The translations under genes and the position numbers were made by a program. The notes under the pieces were generated by a model. The model worked only from the letters and a program-made list of their open reading frames with translations. It did no database searches and was not told the DNA's origin. Below are positions 1 to 13,500 of a stretch of DNA of 64,000 nt, piece after piece. Within the stretch, counting starts at the first letter, position 1. The number at the start of each line of letters is the position of its first letter. Origin of the DNA: Eledone cirrhosa (taxonomy: Eukaryota); NCBI GenBank assembly GCA_964016885.1, contig OZ024742.1, positions 260,524,001 to 260,588,000 of the forward strand, given 5' to 3'.

Positions 1-1884
1 ATACAGGCATTAAATTAATCAACCAGGTCATGAAGGTCACGGAAAAAGTAATAGCGCAACTAATCAGAGAGAGAATTGATCTAGATGAAATGCAGATCTA
101 GATGAAATGCAGTAAAAGTACCACAGACGCTCTTTTCATTGTACGACAACTACAGGAGAAGTACCTAGCTAAAAGTAAACCCCTATACTTAGCTTTTGTC
201 GACTTGGAGAAAGCCTTCGACAGAGTCCCCCGTTCCATTATCTGGTGGGCTCTTAGAAAACTAGGTGTTGACGAATGGCTTGTGAGAGCTATACAAGCCA
301 TGTATAAAGAAACAGTCAGCAAGGTTAGAATTAACAACGAATATAGTGAAGAGTTTAGCGTAAAAGTTGGCGTCCATCAGGGCTCTGTTCTCAGCCCCCT
401 ACTATTTATTATTGCCCTTCAGGCTATAACAGAGGAGTTCAAGACCGGCTGCCCATGGGAACTCCTATACGCAGATGACCTAACACTCATAGCTGAATCA
501 ATGACCGAGCTAGAGAAGAAATTCCAAACATGGAAGCACGGCCTAGAATCAAAAGGCCTTAAAATTAACCTGGCTAAGACTAAAGTTCTAGTTTGTAAGA
601 AAGAAAATAAGGCGGCCGTCCCTTCCGGGAAGTGGCCATGCTCAGTGTGTAGGAAAGGCGTAGGTAGAAACTCCATTTTGTGTCCCAAATGCAAAGTATG
701 GGTGCATAAAAGATGTAGTGGGATCACAGGTAAGCTAACTAAGAACATAGATTTTACATGTGGCCGGTGCTCTGGTGCAATAAGTAGCAGCAAGTGCCCA
801 CAAAATACTAGCTCTTTCAACTGCGCAGAGGGTTCTATAGAAATAGTGGACAGCTTCCGTTACCTGGGTGACAAAATCAGCAGTGGGGGAGGGTGCTCTG
901 AAAGTACAGTAGCTCGAGTCAGAACTGGATGGAAAAAGTTCAGAGAGCTTATACCACTATTAGGCAGGTTGTATGATGCCTGCATACGAACAGCAATGTT
1001 GCATGGCAGTGAGACCTGGGCATTGTGTGCAGAGGATATACGCAGACTAGAGAGGAATGAAGCTTGTATGCTCCGCTGGATGTGTAATAGTAATATACGT
1101 GAACGGCAAAGCATAAACGAACTAAGGAAAAAATTAGAAATAAGAGGGATCAGATGTTGTTTACTCGAGAGAAGGCTACGTTGGTATGGTCACGTGATGC
1201 GCATGAAAGACGATAGCTGTATAACAAAGTGCAGGGCAATAAAGATAGACGGTAGCCACGGAGTAGGCAGACCCAGAAAAACCTGGGACGAGCTGATAAA
1301 TTCCGACCTCACACACTTACACCTCTCCAAGACAATGTCACTGGACCGAGACCTTTGGCGGTACTCAGTAATAGAGAAGACCCGCCTTACCTAAATACAA
1401 AGTAAAACCTACTACAATCAGTAGGCATCTCTAACAAAATACACCCCCGTCCCACCACCCCCGCCCCTTTCAATGTAAAGTTATGTTGGTGCCACAACAT
1501 CCAGGCCGAAACAAATGAGATCGTGTAGGTGTCACGACAAAAAAAACACACAGTCCACGCTGTAATGTGGCCGTGTAGGTAACACGGTAAAAACCTCCCA
1601 GCCCCACACTGTAAATGTGGTTGGTGTTAGGAAGGGCATCCAGCTGTAGAAAACCCGCCAGACAGTTCACGCTGTAATGTGGCCGTGTAGGCAACACGGT
1701 AAAAACCTCCCAGCCCCACACTGTAAATGTGGTTGGTGTTAGGAAGGGCATCCAGCTGTAGAAAACCCGCCAGACAGTCCTATGCGAGCAAGACAATCAC
1801 TCTTGCCTCAAGTGGGAAGACCCCCCCCCCCCCCGTCCAAACCCATGCAAGCGTGGAACACGGACGTTAAACGTTGATGATGAT
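1..1884 (+). mobile_element. RTE-type LINE (PHD-containing family), continues past left edge, disabled
   Basis: RT motifs DLEKAFDRV, GVHQGSVLSP, LLYADDL; PHD finger 639-770; 3' UTR ending in (GAT)n followed by TA/TG microsatellite; stop from a local duplication near 96-112; 30-bp deletion near 962. Confidence 0.93.
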
Positions 1885-2125
1885 ATATGTGTGTGTGTGT
1901 GTCTTTGTAAGTATATGTATGTATATATATATGTGTGTGTGTGTGTTTGTAAGTATATATATGTATGTATATATATATGTGTTTATAAGTATATATATAT
2001 ATGTGTGTGTGTATATATATATATGTATGTATATGTATGCATTGTACATATGTATGTATATGTACATGGGTGCATGTGTATGTATATGCACGGGGACATA
2101 GAAATAGTCAGGCTGGACACCCGAT

Positions 2126-2863
2126 CGTGCGGTTAAACCACTGGGAGTGAAGGACCCCTAGCCTTTATCAGGGCATTCTTCTAGGAGAAGGCAACTCAGG
2201 AAACTGGGATAACTCCGATATAAAACCTGCGGCTCAGTAGTTACCGATGATGTTGATCTTTTCTTCTTTTCGGGTTATAGCTACTGTCGCTCAGAGAGTG
2301 GGATTGGCTCAGTGCACAGTCTTTCCTTATTAAAATAAGTATCTACACGCACAGGCATTGCACGATAGAATTAATTAATAATTATTAATAATGGTATATC
2401 ATACAATGGCCATACTCGATAACGAGGGGCAGCCATCATCATATGTATACATATACATGTAAGTATATATATGTATGTATGTATGTGTATATATATATGT
2501 ATATATGTATGTGTGTTTACATATATATATTTGTGTATGTATATATATATGATGGCTGCCCCCTCGTTATCGAGTATGGCCATTGCGCTATATACCATTA
2601 TTAATAATTATTAATTATTTCTATCGTGCAACGCCTGTGCGTGAAGATATTTTTTAAAGTGAGGAAAGACTGTGCACTGAGCCAATCCCACTCTCTGAGC
2701 GACAGTAGCTATAACCGGAAAAGAAGAAAAGAACAACATCATCGGTAACTACTGAGCCGCAGGTTTTATATCGGAGTTATCCCAGTTTCCTGAGTTGCCT
2801 TCTCCTAGAAGAATGCCCTGATAAAGGCTAGGGGTCCTTCACTCCCAGTGGTTTAACCGCGCG
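2126..2863. repeat. ~310-bp inverted repeat pair (two copies of a probable RTE-derived non-autonomous element) around a TA/TG microsatellite
   Basis: 2126-2440 is the near-perfect reverse complement of ~2547-2863. Inner ends read CTCGATAACGAG hairpin + GGGCAGC(CAT)n. Confidence 0.9.
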
Positions 2864-3068
2864 GAGCATGTGTATATACATATTTACACACTTGTGGATG
2901 GTCGTTGACTCTTATGAGTTCTTCCGCCCTATGTCAGGTTTTGTTTTTTGTCCTGCAGGATTTCAATAAACTTGGTGGGGTTGCCGGTTTAGTCGCCGAC
3001 CACCCGACCATGCGACAGATTGTACTGGGTTACATGTTACCAATAGCACTCAAGAGTGATCCGACATG

Positions 3069-3101
<33 letters not shown>

Positions 3102-3244
3102 GTCTGTATGTATACATACATACATATATGTATGTATATATATATATATATATGTGTATATATATATATACCTACATATATGTATATGTGTGTGTGTATA
3201 TATGTATATATATATATATATATGTGTGTATATATATACATGTG

Positions 3245-3385
3245 TCTATCTATCTAAGGTGGGTAAAATTCCCGCGATCCATGGACGAGTTCTCTCCAGC
3301 GGTCTCTGTCCCTCATTATCGCTGCCAGGGCATCAACATACGTTAACCTTGATCTTCCTCTTCCAGTGTGTCCATGTAGGGACAC
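3245..3385 (-). mobile_element. 3' fragment of another RTE-like LINE
   Basis: Minus strand reads [27 protein letters not shown], followed by an (AGAT)n tail. Confidence 0.6.
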
Positions 3386-3392
3386 ACATGTA

Positions 3393-3443
<51 letters not shown>

Positions 3444-3525
3444 ACTTAGATATTTGGGTCTAGCTGTCGAAATGGTTGCAGGTCAGGCATCGGGGTCCTG
3501 AATCTTTTCATATATATGTGTATAT

Positions 3526-3880
3526 ATCATCATCATCATATGTCTGTTCTTCCACGCTAGCATGGGTTAGATGGTTGTCCTGTTGTGGGCAGTGTCTGGT
3601 CGGCTGACCTTGTCTTGCTCATACGGGAACAGATTCTGGCTTGATTTCTACACTGGCTTCCTAACACTAACCTCATTTACAGTGAGTGCTGGGTGCTTTT
3701 TTGCCATGGCACCATAGGGACCACAGTCCTATCATCTCATTTCTACAGCTGATTAAACTGGAGCAATGTGAAATAAAGTGTCTTGCTCAAGGAAACAACA
3801 CATCACCCAGTCCGAGGATTGAACTCACAACATTTCGATTGTAAGCTCAATGCTCTAACCACTAAGCCAGGTGCCTTCAC
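3526..3880 (-). mobile_element. tRNA-derived SINE family A (tRNA head + CCTTGAGCAAGACACTT core + RTE-like 3' tail)
   Basis: A box TGGCTTAGTGG and B box GAGTTCAATCC on the minus strand; tail matches the LINE 3' UTR at 35940-36133; (GAT)n end. Confidence 0.85.
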
Positions 3881-4250
3881 ATATATATATGTGCCTTCAT
3901 ATATATATATATGTGTGTGTGAAAGCATATATATATATATATTTATATATATATATATGTATATATAGGAAAACAGGGAGAAAGAGACGATTATTAGGAA
4001 GAAAAATTTTTTTTTTTCCTTTTTTTATTTCTTTCTCTCTTTTTTCTGGGTTAGAAAATGATTAAAACAAAATGTTTTACTTTGTGTGAAGTGTTAAGGT
4101 ATTAGTTGATTGATTTATTAATTAACAATGGCATTTATTTATCTATTTATATATTTAATAATTGTCTATTACCGGTTTCAGCATTTTTATGCATTATCAA
4201 ATGATAGTGATATGTATTGGTGTAGAATGGTGGTGAAGGCACATATATAT

Positions 4251-4468
4251 GTGAAGGCACATGGCTTAGTGGTTAGATCATTGAGCTTGCAATTGAAAGG
4301 TTGTGAGTTCAATTCTCAGACTGGGTGATGTTGTTTCCTTGAGCAAGACACTTTATTTCACATTGCTCCAGTTTAATCAGCTGTAGAAATGGGATGATAG
4401 GACTGGGGTCATTCCACTGTAAAGTGGTCATGGAGGTGCCATGGCAAAAAAGCACCCAGCACTCACTG
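4251..4468 (+). mobile_element. SINE family A, 3'-interrupted
   Basis: GTGAAGGCACATGGCTTAGTGGTTAG...GAGTTCAATTC...CCTTGAGCAAGACACTT; inverted relative to the copy at 3526-3880. Confidence 0.85.
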
Positions 4469-6713
4469 CTGGGGCACTGCCCTTGAAAAATATAGTGTGG
4501 CAGAGGTGGGATAAGAGGACATTTTACCCCTTGTCTATTTTTAATCATATGTTCATGTTCACAACAACGCAGCACGCCATTCTTCATTCACATATTTTTT
4601 CTGTCACTTTACTGCTATCATCTTTTCTCTCTCCTTCACCTCTTGCCTTCCTCAACTCCCACTGCTGGTCACTCACTCTCGGCTGGCCCCTTCCTCCCAC
4701 TTTCACTCACTCCCTCTCTGCTTCTCCCCCCCCCCTCTCACTTCCTCCCGTCTGACCTGCTTGAATTTCTTTCCTCTCTCAATCTTCTCGCAGCTCGGAC
4801 GTGTCTATTTCTCCTCGTCAATTTGATTTTTCGGGCTTAAGCCCACAGGATTCATTGACTTGTCTCTATTTTCCTCTTTACGTTGCATACCACCATGTGT
4901 TTCTTTCCTTCCCTCTGTTTTCCCACTGATTTTAGGTATCTAGTCTTTAATACGTCGAAATACCAACGTTAATCAGCAGACTACGGAAGAGGACATTTTA
5001 CCGCTTGTCTATTTTTATTCATATGTTCATGTTCGCAACAACGCAGCACGCCATTCTTCATTTATATATATATATATATATATATATTAATCACCGCTGC
5101 CACAGTATATTTTTCAAGGGCAGTGCCCCAGTATGGCATCAGCCAGATGGCTGGAACAGGTAAAAGAGTATATATATCCTGCGATAATTTTCTTTAGACA
5201 TAAAAAAATATTGTACATGACAAAAAAGAGCATTACAAGAAATCCCATACATTATAAAATAAATAGGATAGGTTGGGGTCTCAATATTTAAAATAACTAA
5301 TTCTGGTTTCTAAAAATATCAAGGGAGACAACCTAAAGAAATTACCGATTTTTCTTTCACACCCAACTCCCTATTTTTTGGGACCTGAGAGTTTGTGTGT
5401 GTGTATAGCAATAGATATAGATAAAGGGTTGGGAGGACACTTTAGTTGTGTTAAGGATATGACAGCCTCCCTAGAGTTAGTGATCTACACAATAAACACA
5501 GCCAGAACACGCTGTAAAGTGGTTGGTGACAGGAAGGCATCCAACATAGAAATATTGCCAAGCAGAGTTGGGTGGATCTTCAGTTGTATCAGACATGACA
5601 ATCTCTCTAGTGCTGGTGCCACGATAAAATGAACTTGGTAGAATATAGAATTGTATGTAAGCAAGATGCAGGCATCCAGCTTTGGGAGGTCAGGAGCCCC
5701 ACTTCAGTACTGGCACAATCTGTGAAGACTCGTCTAACCATCGCAGGGAAAGCAGATGTTAAATGATGATGATGATATATATACATGCTCTGTATAACAG
5801 CGGTGAAGATTCGAAACCGAATCTGAGCTTTCCCGCCTCTGGGACAAGCCGTGGTAAGTTGCTTACCCCCGGCAGACCAACCCTTTGGGAGATGCTAAAC
5901 ACAGGTCAGATGTTGTTTACGCCTGGCAGAAAATAGGTCAGATGATATATCCTTCCTTCTGAGTTGTTTACGCCTGGCAAACCAACCCCTTGGGAGATTC
6001 TAACCAAAGGTCAGAGGATATATCTATCCTTCTAACTTCAACCGTTATAAATACAGGGGTTGTTTACGCCCCGGCAGTAAAAGTGTTACCACAGACAAGA
6101 ACGCTCCTTTCACCTACTCTATCAAATCTCCCTTCACGAAAAATGTCTGTCCACTATTTCTCACACGCCTCATGGGGTGATTACTACTACTGCTAAAAGA
6201 AGAAAGCATACTAATACGCACACATGCACACACAGTAAGTTCACACTGCTTGCATTTTTAGACGTACCATTTCTGTCACATTGTATCTTTCAGATACAAT
6301 ACAAATTATCTTATAATCGTATTCTGTGATACTTGTATTTACGTGGCTCGAAGAGCCACCACATTATTGTACGAATATTTCATGTTATAAATTTGATCAT
6401 ACAATATTCAAATTGAATATTGTTATAATAAAATAAACATTGTAACAACACAATCCTGGTATTATTCTTTGCATTGAAACCATCATACCAACAATTCCAT
6501 CTATTCACTTATCCGTTACAACCCGAATATTCGCTACACTCTGTGTAGCTCACTTTTTAGAATAAGTACTCTATATCCCTGCATATTGTACGAGGTGACT
6601 AAAACGTTGGCATCCAGAAGGACATCTGGCTGTAAAATATTCTCAAATCCATGCCACCATGGAAAGGTGGACATAACAATGATAATGAAGATATATATAT
6701 ATGTAGCTATGTA

Positions 6714-7077
6714 TATAGTAATGAAGTAGAAGGCAAATATGTTGTACTTCACCACATTTCATTTATTACATAATAGCTGTTTTATGTATTTTTAAACATT
6801 CAGATATGATTTTATCAGTCAGCTCTCACCTGTATAAATGTTAGTGATATGATCTGGTAATATATCGACCGGTTGGTTTCTAGTGTTGAATCTCGATTAC
6901 CGTGTCGATATATATCACCACATTACATCAATAAAATGTAGATAGGTGATAGCTAATGAAATTGTATCTGAATGATTTAGAATTACATAATAGATACTAT
7001 GGAAATATATATAACAGCTATTACATAATAGATATGTGGTGTACTATAACTCTACTGCCTTCTACTTCATTATTATA
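6714..7077. mobile_element. Foldback/MITE-like element
   Basis: TAATGAAGTAGAAGGCA / TGCCTTCTACTTCATTA termini, with imperfect inverted arms continuing inward to ~6870/6900. Confidence 0.7.
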
Positions 7078-7492
7078 CCAAAACTCCATCATACACACAC
7101 CTGTGTGATCCCATATCATATTAGGAAAGGTACACTGACCTTTTGTTTTTAATCCTGCTTATACCAGTGTTTATTGATCGATGTTTTTGACTGCAAAACT
7201 AATTATTGATTACCTAACACAAAATAACACTTTATATATATGAAGTCTGTATACATAGCCCTTTTGATACCAAACTCCTTGAAACCAGTCCTGGTTATAT
7301 GATATGAAATCAATTATTTTAAAGTGTTTATTTAAGAACCTTTAAGTTATCTTCCAATCACCAACTAGATAATAAGAAAGTTATATAACTAAATACCTAT
7401 TTATTCTCAAAATTATCTGCAAAACATAAGCAATGTCTTTCATTAGAAATTCAGTAAGAAAAGTATTAACATTTTTTATCTGCTCTATCCAG

Positions 7493-7581
7493 AAATATAA
7501 TGCTGCACTTGTTAGTGTCAACTCAGAAGGAGAACACAATTTCCTCACATCTTACTTTGGACAGAATAAACTAACTGGAGG
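7493..7581 (+). CDS. Cont: Contactin exon (C-type lectin domain)
   Basis: ctatccag|AAATAT...GGAGG|gtaagt; KYNAALVSVNSEGEHNFLTSYF is a CTLD-type L(V)S(I/V)NS..E..F(L) motif; phase 0 to 2. Confidence 0.85.
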
Positions 7582-10500
7582 GTAAGTCAACATTTGTTTT
7601 CCCCTAAATAAATACCATAATCGCTTGTATATAATACGATACATTATAAACTAAAATGAAGAGGAAATAGTAGGGTCATATTATACACAAATACATGTTT
7701 TCAGAAATGTTATTCTAAGCTTAAAAATGTTCATTTTAATTGGCAAGATTGAGTCAGCATATTTCCTGAAAATAGGATAAGCTCATTTCTACACCCTTTA
7801 ATGTTATGAGAAACTGGATATTATAGGGAAATATATATGTGTGGTCGATATTTTGGTGCATAGCATTGTACAAGTTTATAAAAGATGTACATAGATATAG
7901 CTGTACTCTCGGATTATGTTATACACAAGGATGATGGGCAGATCTGGAGGTTTGTCAAGGCTGGTGAAACGTGGAAGAGAGATACCAGCTGGTCTGAGTG
8001 TGATCTACCCACAATAACTGGCAATGTAAAAACTGCTACAACTCTGGGAAACTAAACCAGAACAACCTGCCACCCTCTACACACCATCATAAATTGCGAG
8101 CAGGGTACAAATTGTTGTCCTTAAATGCTCGCAGTTTATGCAACAAGATACATCTGTTCGAATCCTACGTCAGAAGCATCGACCCTGACTTCATCACAGT
8201 CACGGAAACATGGGCACATTCCTTACTCTGTGATGGGGTTTTCAGCATTACTGGGTACAACCTTTTCCGCAAGGACTGCATTAACCGCCGTGGTGGTGGT
8301 GTGATGGTCTACGTTCGTTCAAACTTTTCGGTAATTCCTTGCGTTGATTTGAACGAATCACAGGAAGAAGTTTTTTTCTGTGACATACGTATGACCATGT
8401 CAACACTTCTGCTTGGTGTTGTTTATCGCCCCCCAAACTACCATCAGGACACACAGCTTTGCGATGTCCTCAGAGTTGCTGCCAAGAAAACAGCCACTTA
8501 TGTGTTTATTGCAGGTGACTTCAATCATCCAGAGATCGATTGGGAAACCTTTCGTTGGCCACAAGGTGCAAACGATTTCCTTGAACTAGTGCTGGACTCA
8601 AACTGGTCACAAGTAGTCACCTCTCCAACAAGTGGTGACAACACTTTAGACCTGATCTTCACCACTACTCCTGAAGTGGTTATCAGTTGTACTACTGAGG
8701 AACCTCTAGGCGACTCTGATCATGCTATGATCATTGCCAATCTGGCACTTGAGGGCAGCAACAAAAACCAGAGCCATCTCCAATCTGCTTACTTTGATTG
8801 GAAGAGGGCGGATTGGAACTTGTACTGCACTGAGCTACAGCGCCCAAACTGGCATGAGATGTATAACTCTGGAGATGTGAACTCTATACTCCAGAGCATC
8901 CTGGACTCAATATAGATAGCATGTGCAGCATCAGTGCCACGGAAGCGGAAAAATAACCACCCCAAAAGTGCAATCTGGGAAACTTCAACAGTCCGACTTG
9001 CCAGGAAAGAACGTCGGAACGGGAATATAAACTGCATAGATCAGATGCCAACAGAAAAAAGGAATAAATCTTCTAACCATCTCAAGCAAGTGACAAAGAA
9101 GGCAGTGCTTGAATTTGAACAGTGCATCGCAACCAATCCTGACAGTAAGGTGTTCTGGAAATATGTTCATTCAAAGCAGAGACCTCACTCTCCAGTTGGT
9201 CCTCTTCGCAATCCCCACACAAGCCAGATCACTGACGATCCCAGGGAATGCGCAGAACTCATTGCTGAGTGCTATGCAAGTATTTTTACTGTTGAAAACC
9301 AGAATGTACCATCTCCACCATCTCTAACATCAAATTCCATAACAACTATGGAATTTACACCTGCAATGTTGCGACGTCACCTTAAGAATAAGCGCAACTA
9401 TGCCTCCCCTGGTCTTGATGGTGTGACATACCTGCTTCTCAAACGTGGCGGGTATTTCCTTTTGCGCCAGCTTTCTTTCTTTCTTTCAATACTGTCTCAA
9501 CAATGGTGCTACTCCGGAGCAGTGGAAAACTGCCAGTGTCATTCCCCTGTTCAAAAAGGGCAACCGCATGTCACCTGTCAACTATCGTCCAGTCAGTCTT
9601 ACTAGCTGTATGGCCAAACTGATGGAATCCTGTGTCAGAGAAACACTTTGGAACTTCTGGAGCTCTCACAGCCTCATCCGGCCCTCACAGTTTGGATTTA
9701 TCCCTAACTCCAGCTGCTGTGATCAGCTTATCGAGTTCCTTGAGGACATCACCCGGATCACTGACAGCGGCTCATGGGTGGATGTTGTTTACCTTGACTT
9801 TGCTAAGGCTTTTAATTCTGTGCCACACAAAATACTTATGGCAAAACTCTCTGCAATGGGTGTGAGGGATGATCTTTTCGACTGGTTGAAATCCTTCATT
9901 CTCAGCCGAAAAGAAGTAGTCACGGTTCTAGGACAGCATTCTTCACCATATGAGATGTCATCTGGTGTACCACAGGGATCTGTTCTTGGTCCTCTTTTGT
10001 TTGTGGCATATATTAACGACATAGATGCCAACTTACAGAATGCCACGGTACTAAAATATGCAGATGACATCAAGCTGTACCTTGAAATCAAAAGGACTGA
10101 TCCTGAAATTGACAACTCTTTCCTACAATCAGACCTGGACACAATGCAGCAATGGATCACAGACTGGCAACTGAAGCTGGCTGTGGACAAGTGTACCACC
10201 ATGCATTTTGGAAGGAAAAATCCAGCATCCACATACTCCCTCCACAACACTGATATCAAAAAGTCCTCTTGTGAACGTGACCTGGGCATTACTGTCAGCA
10301 ACGATTTGCGTTGGACAAAGCATGTCTCTAAGATTGTCAAGAAGGCCGAGGGTGTCTTGTCATCACTCAGCAAGACCTTTGTTAGCCGCTCTCCAGCCAT
10401 CTATTTAAAACTGTATACAGCTATGGTACGACCACACTTGGAATTCGCATCATCAGTCTGGAACCCCTATCTTGCTCAGAACATTGACCTCCTGGAAACT

Positions 10501-13500
10501 GTTCAGAGACGTGCAACCAAGCGCATACCCTCTATCAGACACCTACCATACTCTGAACGCCTTGCTTCCCTGGGCATGGATTCATTGAAGCTCCGACGTC
10601 TGGCAATGGACTTGGTGAATACCCACAAAGTTTTTAACCATCTCGCCAATTGCAACCCTGAGCGCCTCTTTGATCTCCATGTGTCTAACACACGTGGACA
10701 TGCCTACAAGATCAGAAAACAGCACAGCTCCCATGACTTTCGTAGACATTTTTTCACGCTCAGAGTTGCTGAAGCATGGAACAAACTGCCTGCGTCAATT
10801 GTTAGCTGCCGAGACACTGCATCCTTTAAGACACTCATGCTTCCTGAAATACGCCAAAACTACACCTGATGTACTCCTTCCATACACATGCACACGTGTG
10901 TATCATGACTCGTGCACTGTTCATTTTACTGATGTTTGTGCATTGCCCTATGTACTGTACATGCACTTTTTTGATGAGTTGTGGTGCACCTGGGCACTGT
11001 ACACAATATTTCATTATTGTTATTGTTATTATATCATGACTCGTACACTGTTCATTTTCCTGACATTTGTACATTATTCTATGTACTATACATGCACCTT
11101 TGATGAGTTGTAGTGCACCTGAGCACTGTACACAATAATTTCATTATTATTAAAATATAATTTATTCCTGTTCTTCTAGCTTCCAAAACAAGGGTAGTTA
11201 TACACAAAGAAATATGGTAGTTAAGGTTTTATATAATATTACTGGAAATAGCTCTTTTCTGGGCCCCACAAAGAATGAGAAAACAAGGTAAACAAAATGT
11301 CATTAGGCATTGAACCATAGGTAAAAAGCTGAAACAGGTGGATGGGGGTTGTCCTTAGAGACTGCTCTTAAGATGGCAAAGGAGAAGGCTATCTCTTAAT
11401 GTTTTGTACCACATGAAATCACATTAAAACATTCTAGAAAAGTATAAAACAGTGCTACGACTGTATCACATTGGATATTAAAGTTTTTACTCTAATATTG
11501 CAAATGTTCACTCTAATCTGTTCTCTAGTAAAGATACTATAAACATTTGAATTAGCAGAACACTTATAACCACATTAACAAGACATTCCTGAAAAGTACA
11601 AAATAGAGCTATGATGACATCATATTAAAAATTAACAATCCGTCCACTAGTAAAAATATTATAAACATTTTAATCTACAAACCTGTTTTTAGATATTTTC
11701 TGCTAAATTATTATATATGGGGGAGGGGGGTACTTAAAAGTTCCTGGCTTGATCGCTACTACAGAAGCCTGGTTGGAGGCCCAACCTTCTGAATTCTTTT
11801 AACAGGGCTTAGAAAAACTGAAGGACTGCTGCAATAAGTGTGTGGATCTGAGAGGGGAATATGTGGAATAAAATCATAATTAACTGATCCTCCTGTATTT
11901 TCTGTATTTTACCCAAAGCCAGGAACTTTTCAGCACCCTCTCATATTCAGAAATAAGTGGGAATCTCATGAAATTGCCCCAAAATATTTTCAGACAAGAG
12001 GAATGTTGGGTGTAAGCAGGGCCAACATCTGTGTATTTAGCACCTTAGGTTAGCTCTATAAAATATGCTTGGATAATTGATCATTTTTGGCTATCCCTAC
12101 AATGTGTGCTTTACCCAAACTTACAGTCTGGTAAGCTGACAAACCTAGTTTTTGACTCTTCTAACTCTAACCACACTAAGAAATTTACTAAATTTGAATT
12201 TTCTACTTTGTATAAAACTGTGATCCTTTGAGGTTCCATAATATGCCTCTGTGAAGTCTCCATCCTAGTTGACTGCTTAGTTGACATAATGGTAGTGGCA
12301 TAGGGTTAGTAACTCTATCCAACATGAACCCCTATATGCCATAGAAACAAAACAGTAGATATTTAAAACAATATTACCATTTGTTATTGATGTTTGTTTT
12401 TGTTCTTTTTAGTTTTACTTGGTACACAAGTGGGGAGTATGTAAAAAACAATAAATTTCGGTGGATGGGAGATGGAAAAGATGTGTCAAGCCAGGCAGCA
12501 TTTTGGGCAAACGGTGCTATAAACAACAATACAGAAAATAATATTGTGTATGAATATATTGGTGAGTTTTAAACATTTATTCTTTTTATTTTTTTTTATG
12601 CCTTCCGTATTGGCATTGGCTGGACAAGTTGTTACCATCTGAGTCTAGACTGATCAGAGAGACTTTATTTTGTTAATTAAAAAAACCTACTCAGTCCACC
12701 CTGCCAGGTATTAGTGGCAGTACCACAACAAAAGCACCCAGTCCACCCTGCCATGTGGTAGTGGTAGTACCACAAAAAATCCCACTCAGTCCACCCTACT
12801 AGGTGGTAGAGGTGGCAACTGGATAAAATACACCCAGTTCACCCTGCCAGGTGGTAGTGGCAGTACCACAATAAAATACACCCATTCCATTCTGCTAGGT
12901 GGTAGTGGCAATACCATGATAAAACACATCAAGTACATGCTGTAAAGTGGTTGGTGTTATGAAGGGTATCCAGCTGTTGAAACTGTCAGAATGGAATATA
13001 TGAGCAGGATGCAGGCATCTGACAAGTCTAACCTCAGAATGTGACCACTCATTCAACCCATGTGTGAATGGAAGGCAGACATAAAAACAATGGTGGTGGT
13101 GATGGTTACAATTGCATGGCTTGGAGGCTAGGGTGTTGGTCTCTCAAATATGAAAACATGAATTCAATCCACAGGCTAGGCATAGCATGTCCTTGAACAA
13201 AGCTCTTCATTTCATGTTAGTCCAGTATACTCAGCTGCTGGGTGTTAATTTTATAATTGACTGGCCTCTATCTTGTACTCTGTCACTTAACGCTAATGAA
13301 ACCAGATAATAAAAGAAAGACTCTAACATTTTTATAGTCATTAGACTGTTGCTGGAGTACCAAATTCAAGAGTCATATCAACCCTAATACTTATTTTGGT
13401 TTGGTATTTTAGTGATCTCTATTGATCGGATTGCTAATTTTTGCAATTTACATAAACATGCTGGTTTACTTGCGTAAACATGATCATCATTTATGACCCA

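Noticed and set aside
4182-4229. Possible upstream contactin exon after tttcag (HFYALSNDSDMYWCRM)
   Set aside because: No convincing donor and no CTLD N-terminal or signal-peptide pattern; the 5' exons are probably outside the window.
4251-4325. tRNA gene
   Set aside because: It is the tRNA-derived head of a multi-copy SINE and continues into the core and LINE-like tail.
5791-6519. Possible solo LTR (TGTATAAC...GTTACA, TATA-like and AATAAA motifs, repeated TGTTTACGCC)
   Set aside because: No target-site duplication or second copy visible, so the boundaries are unsupported.
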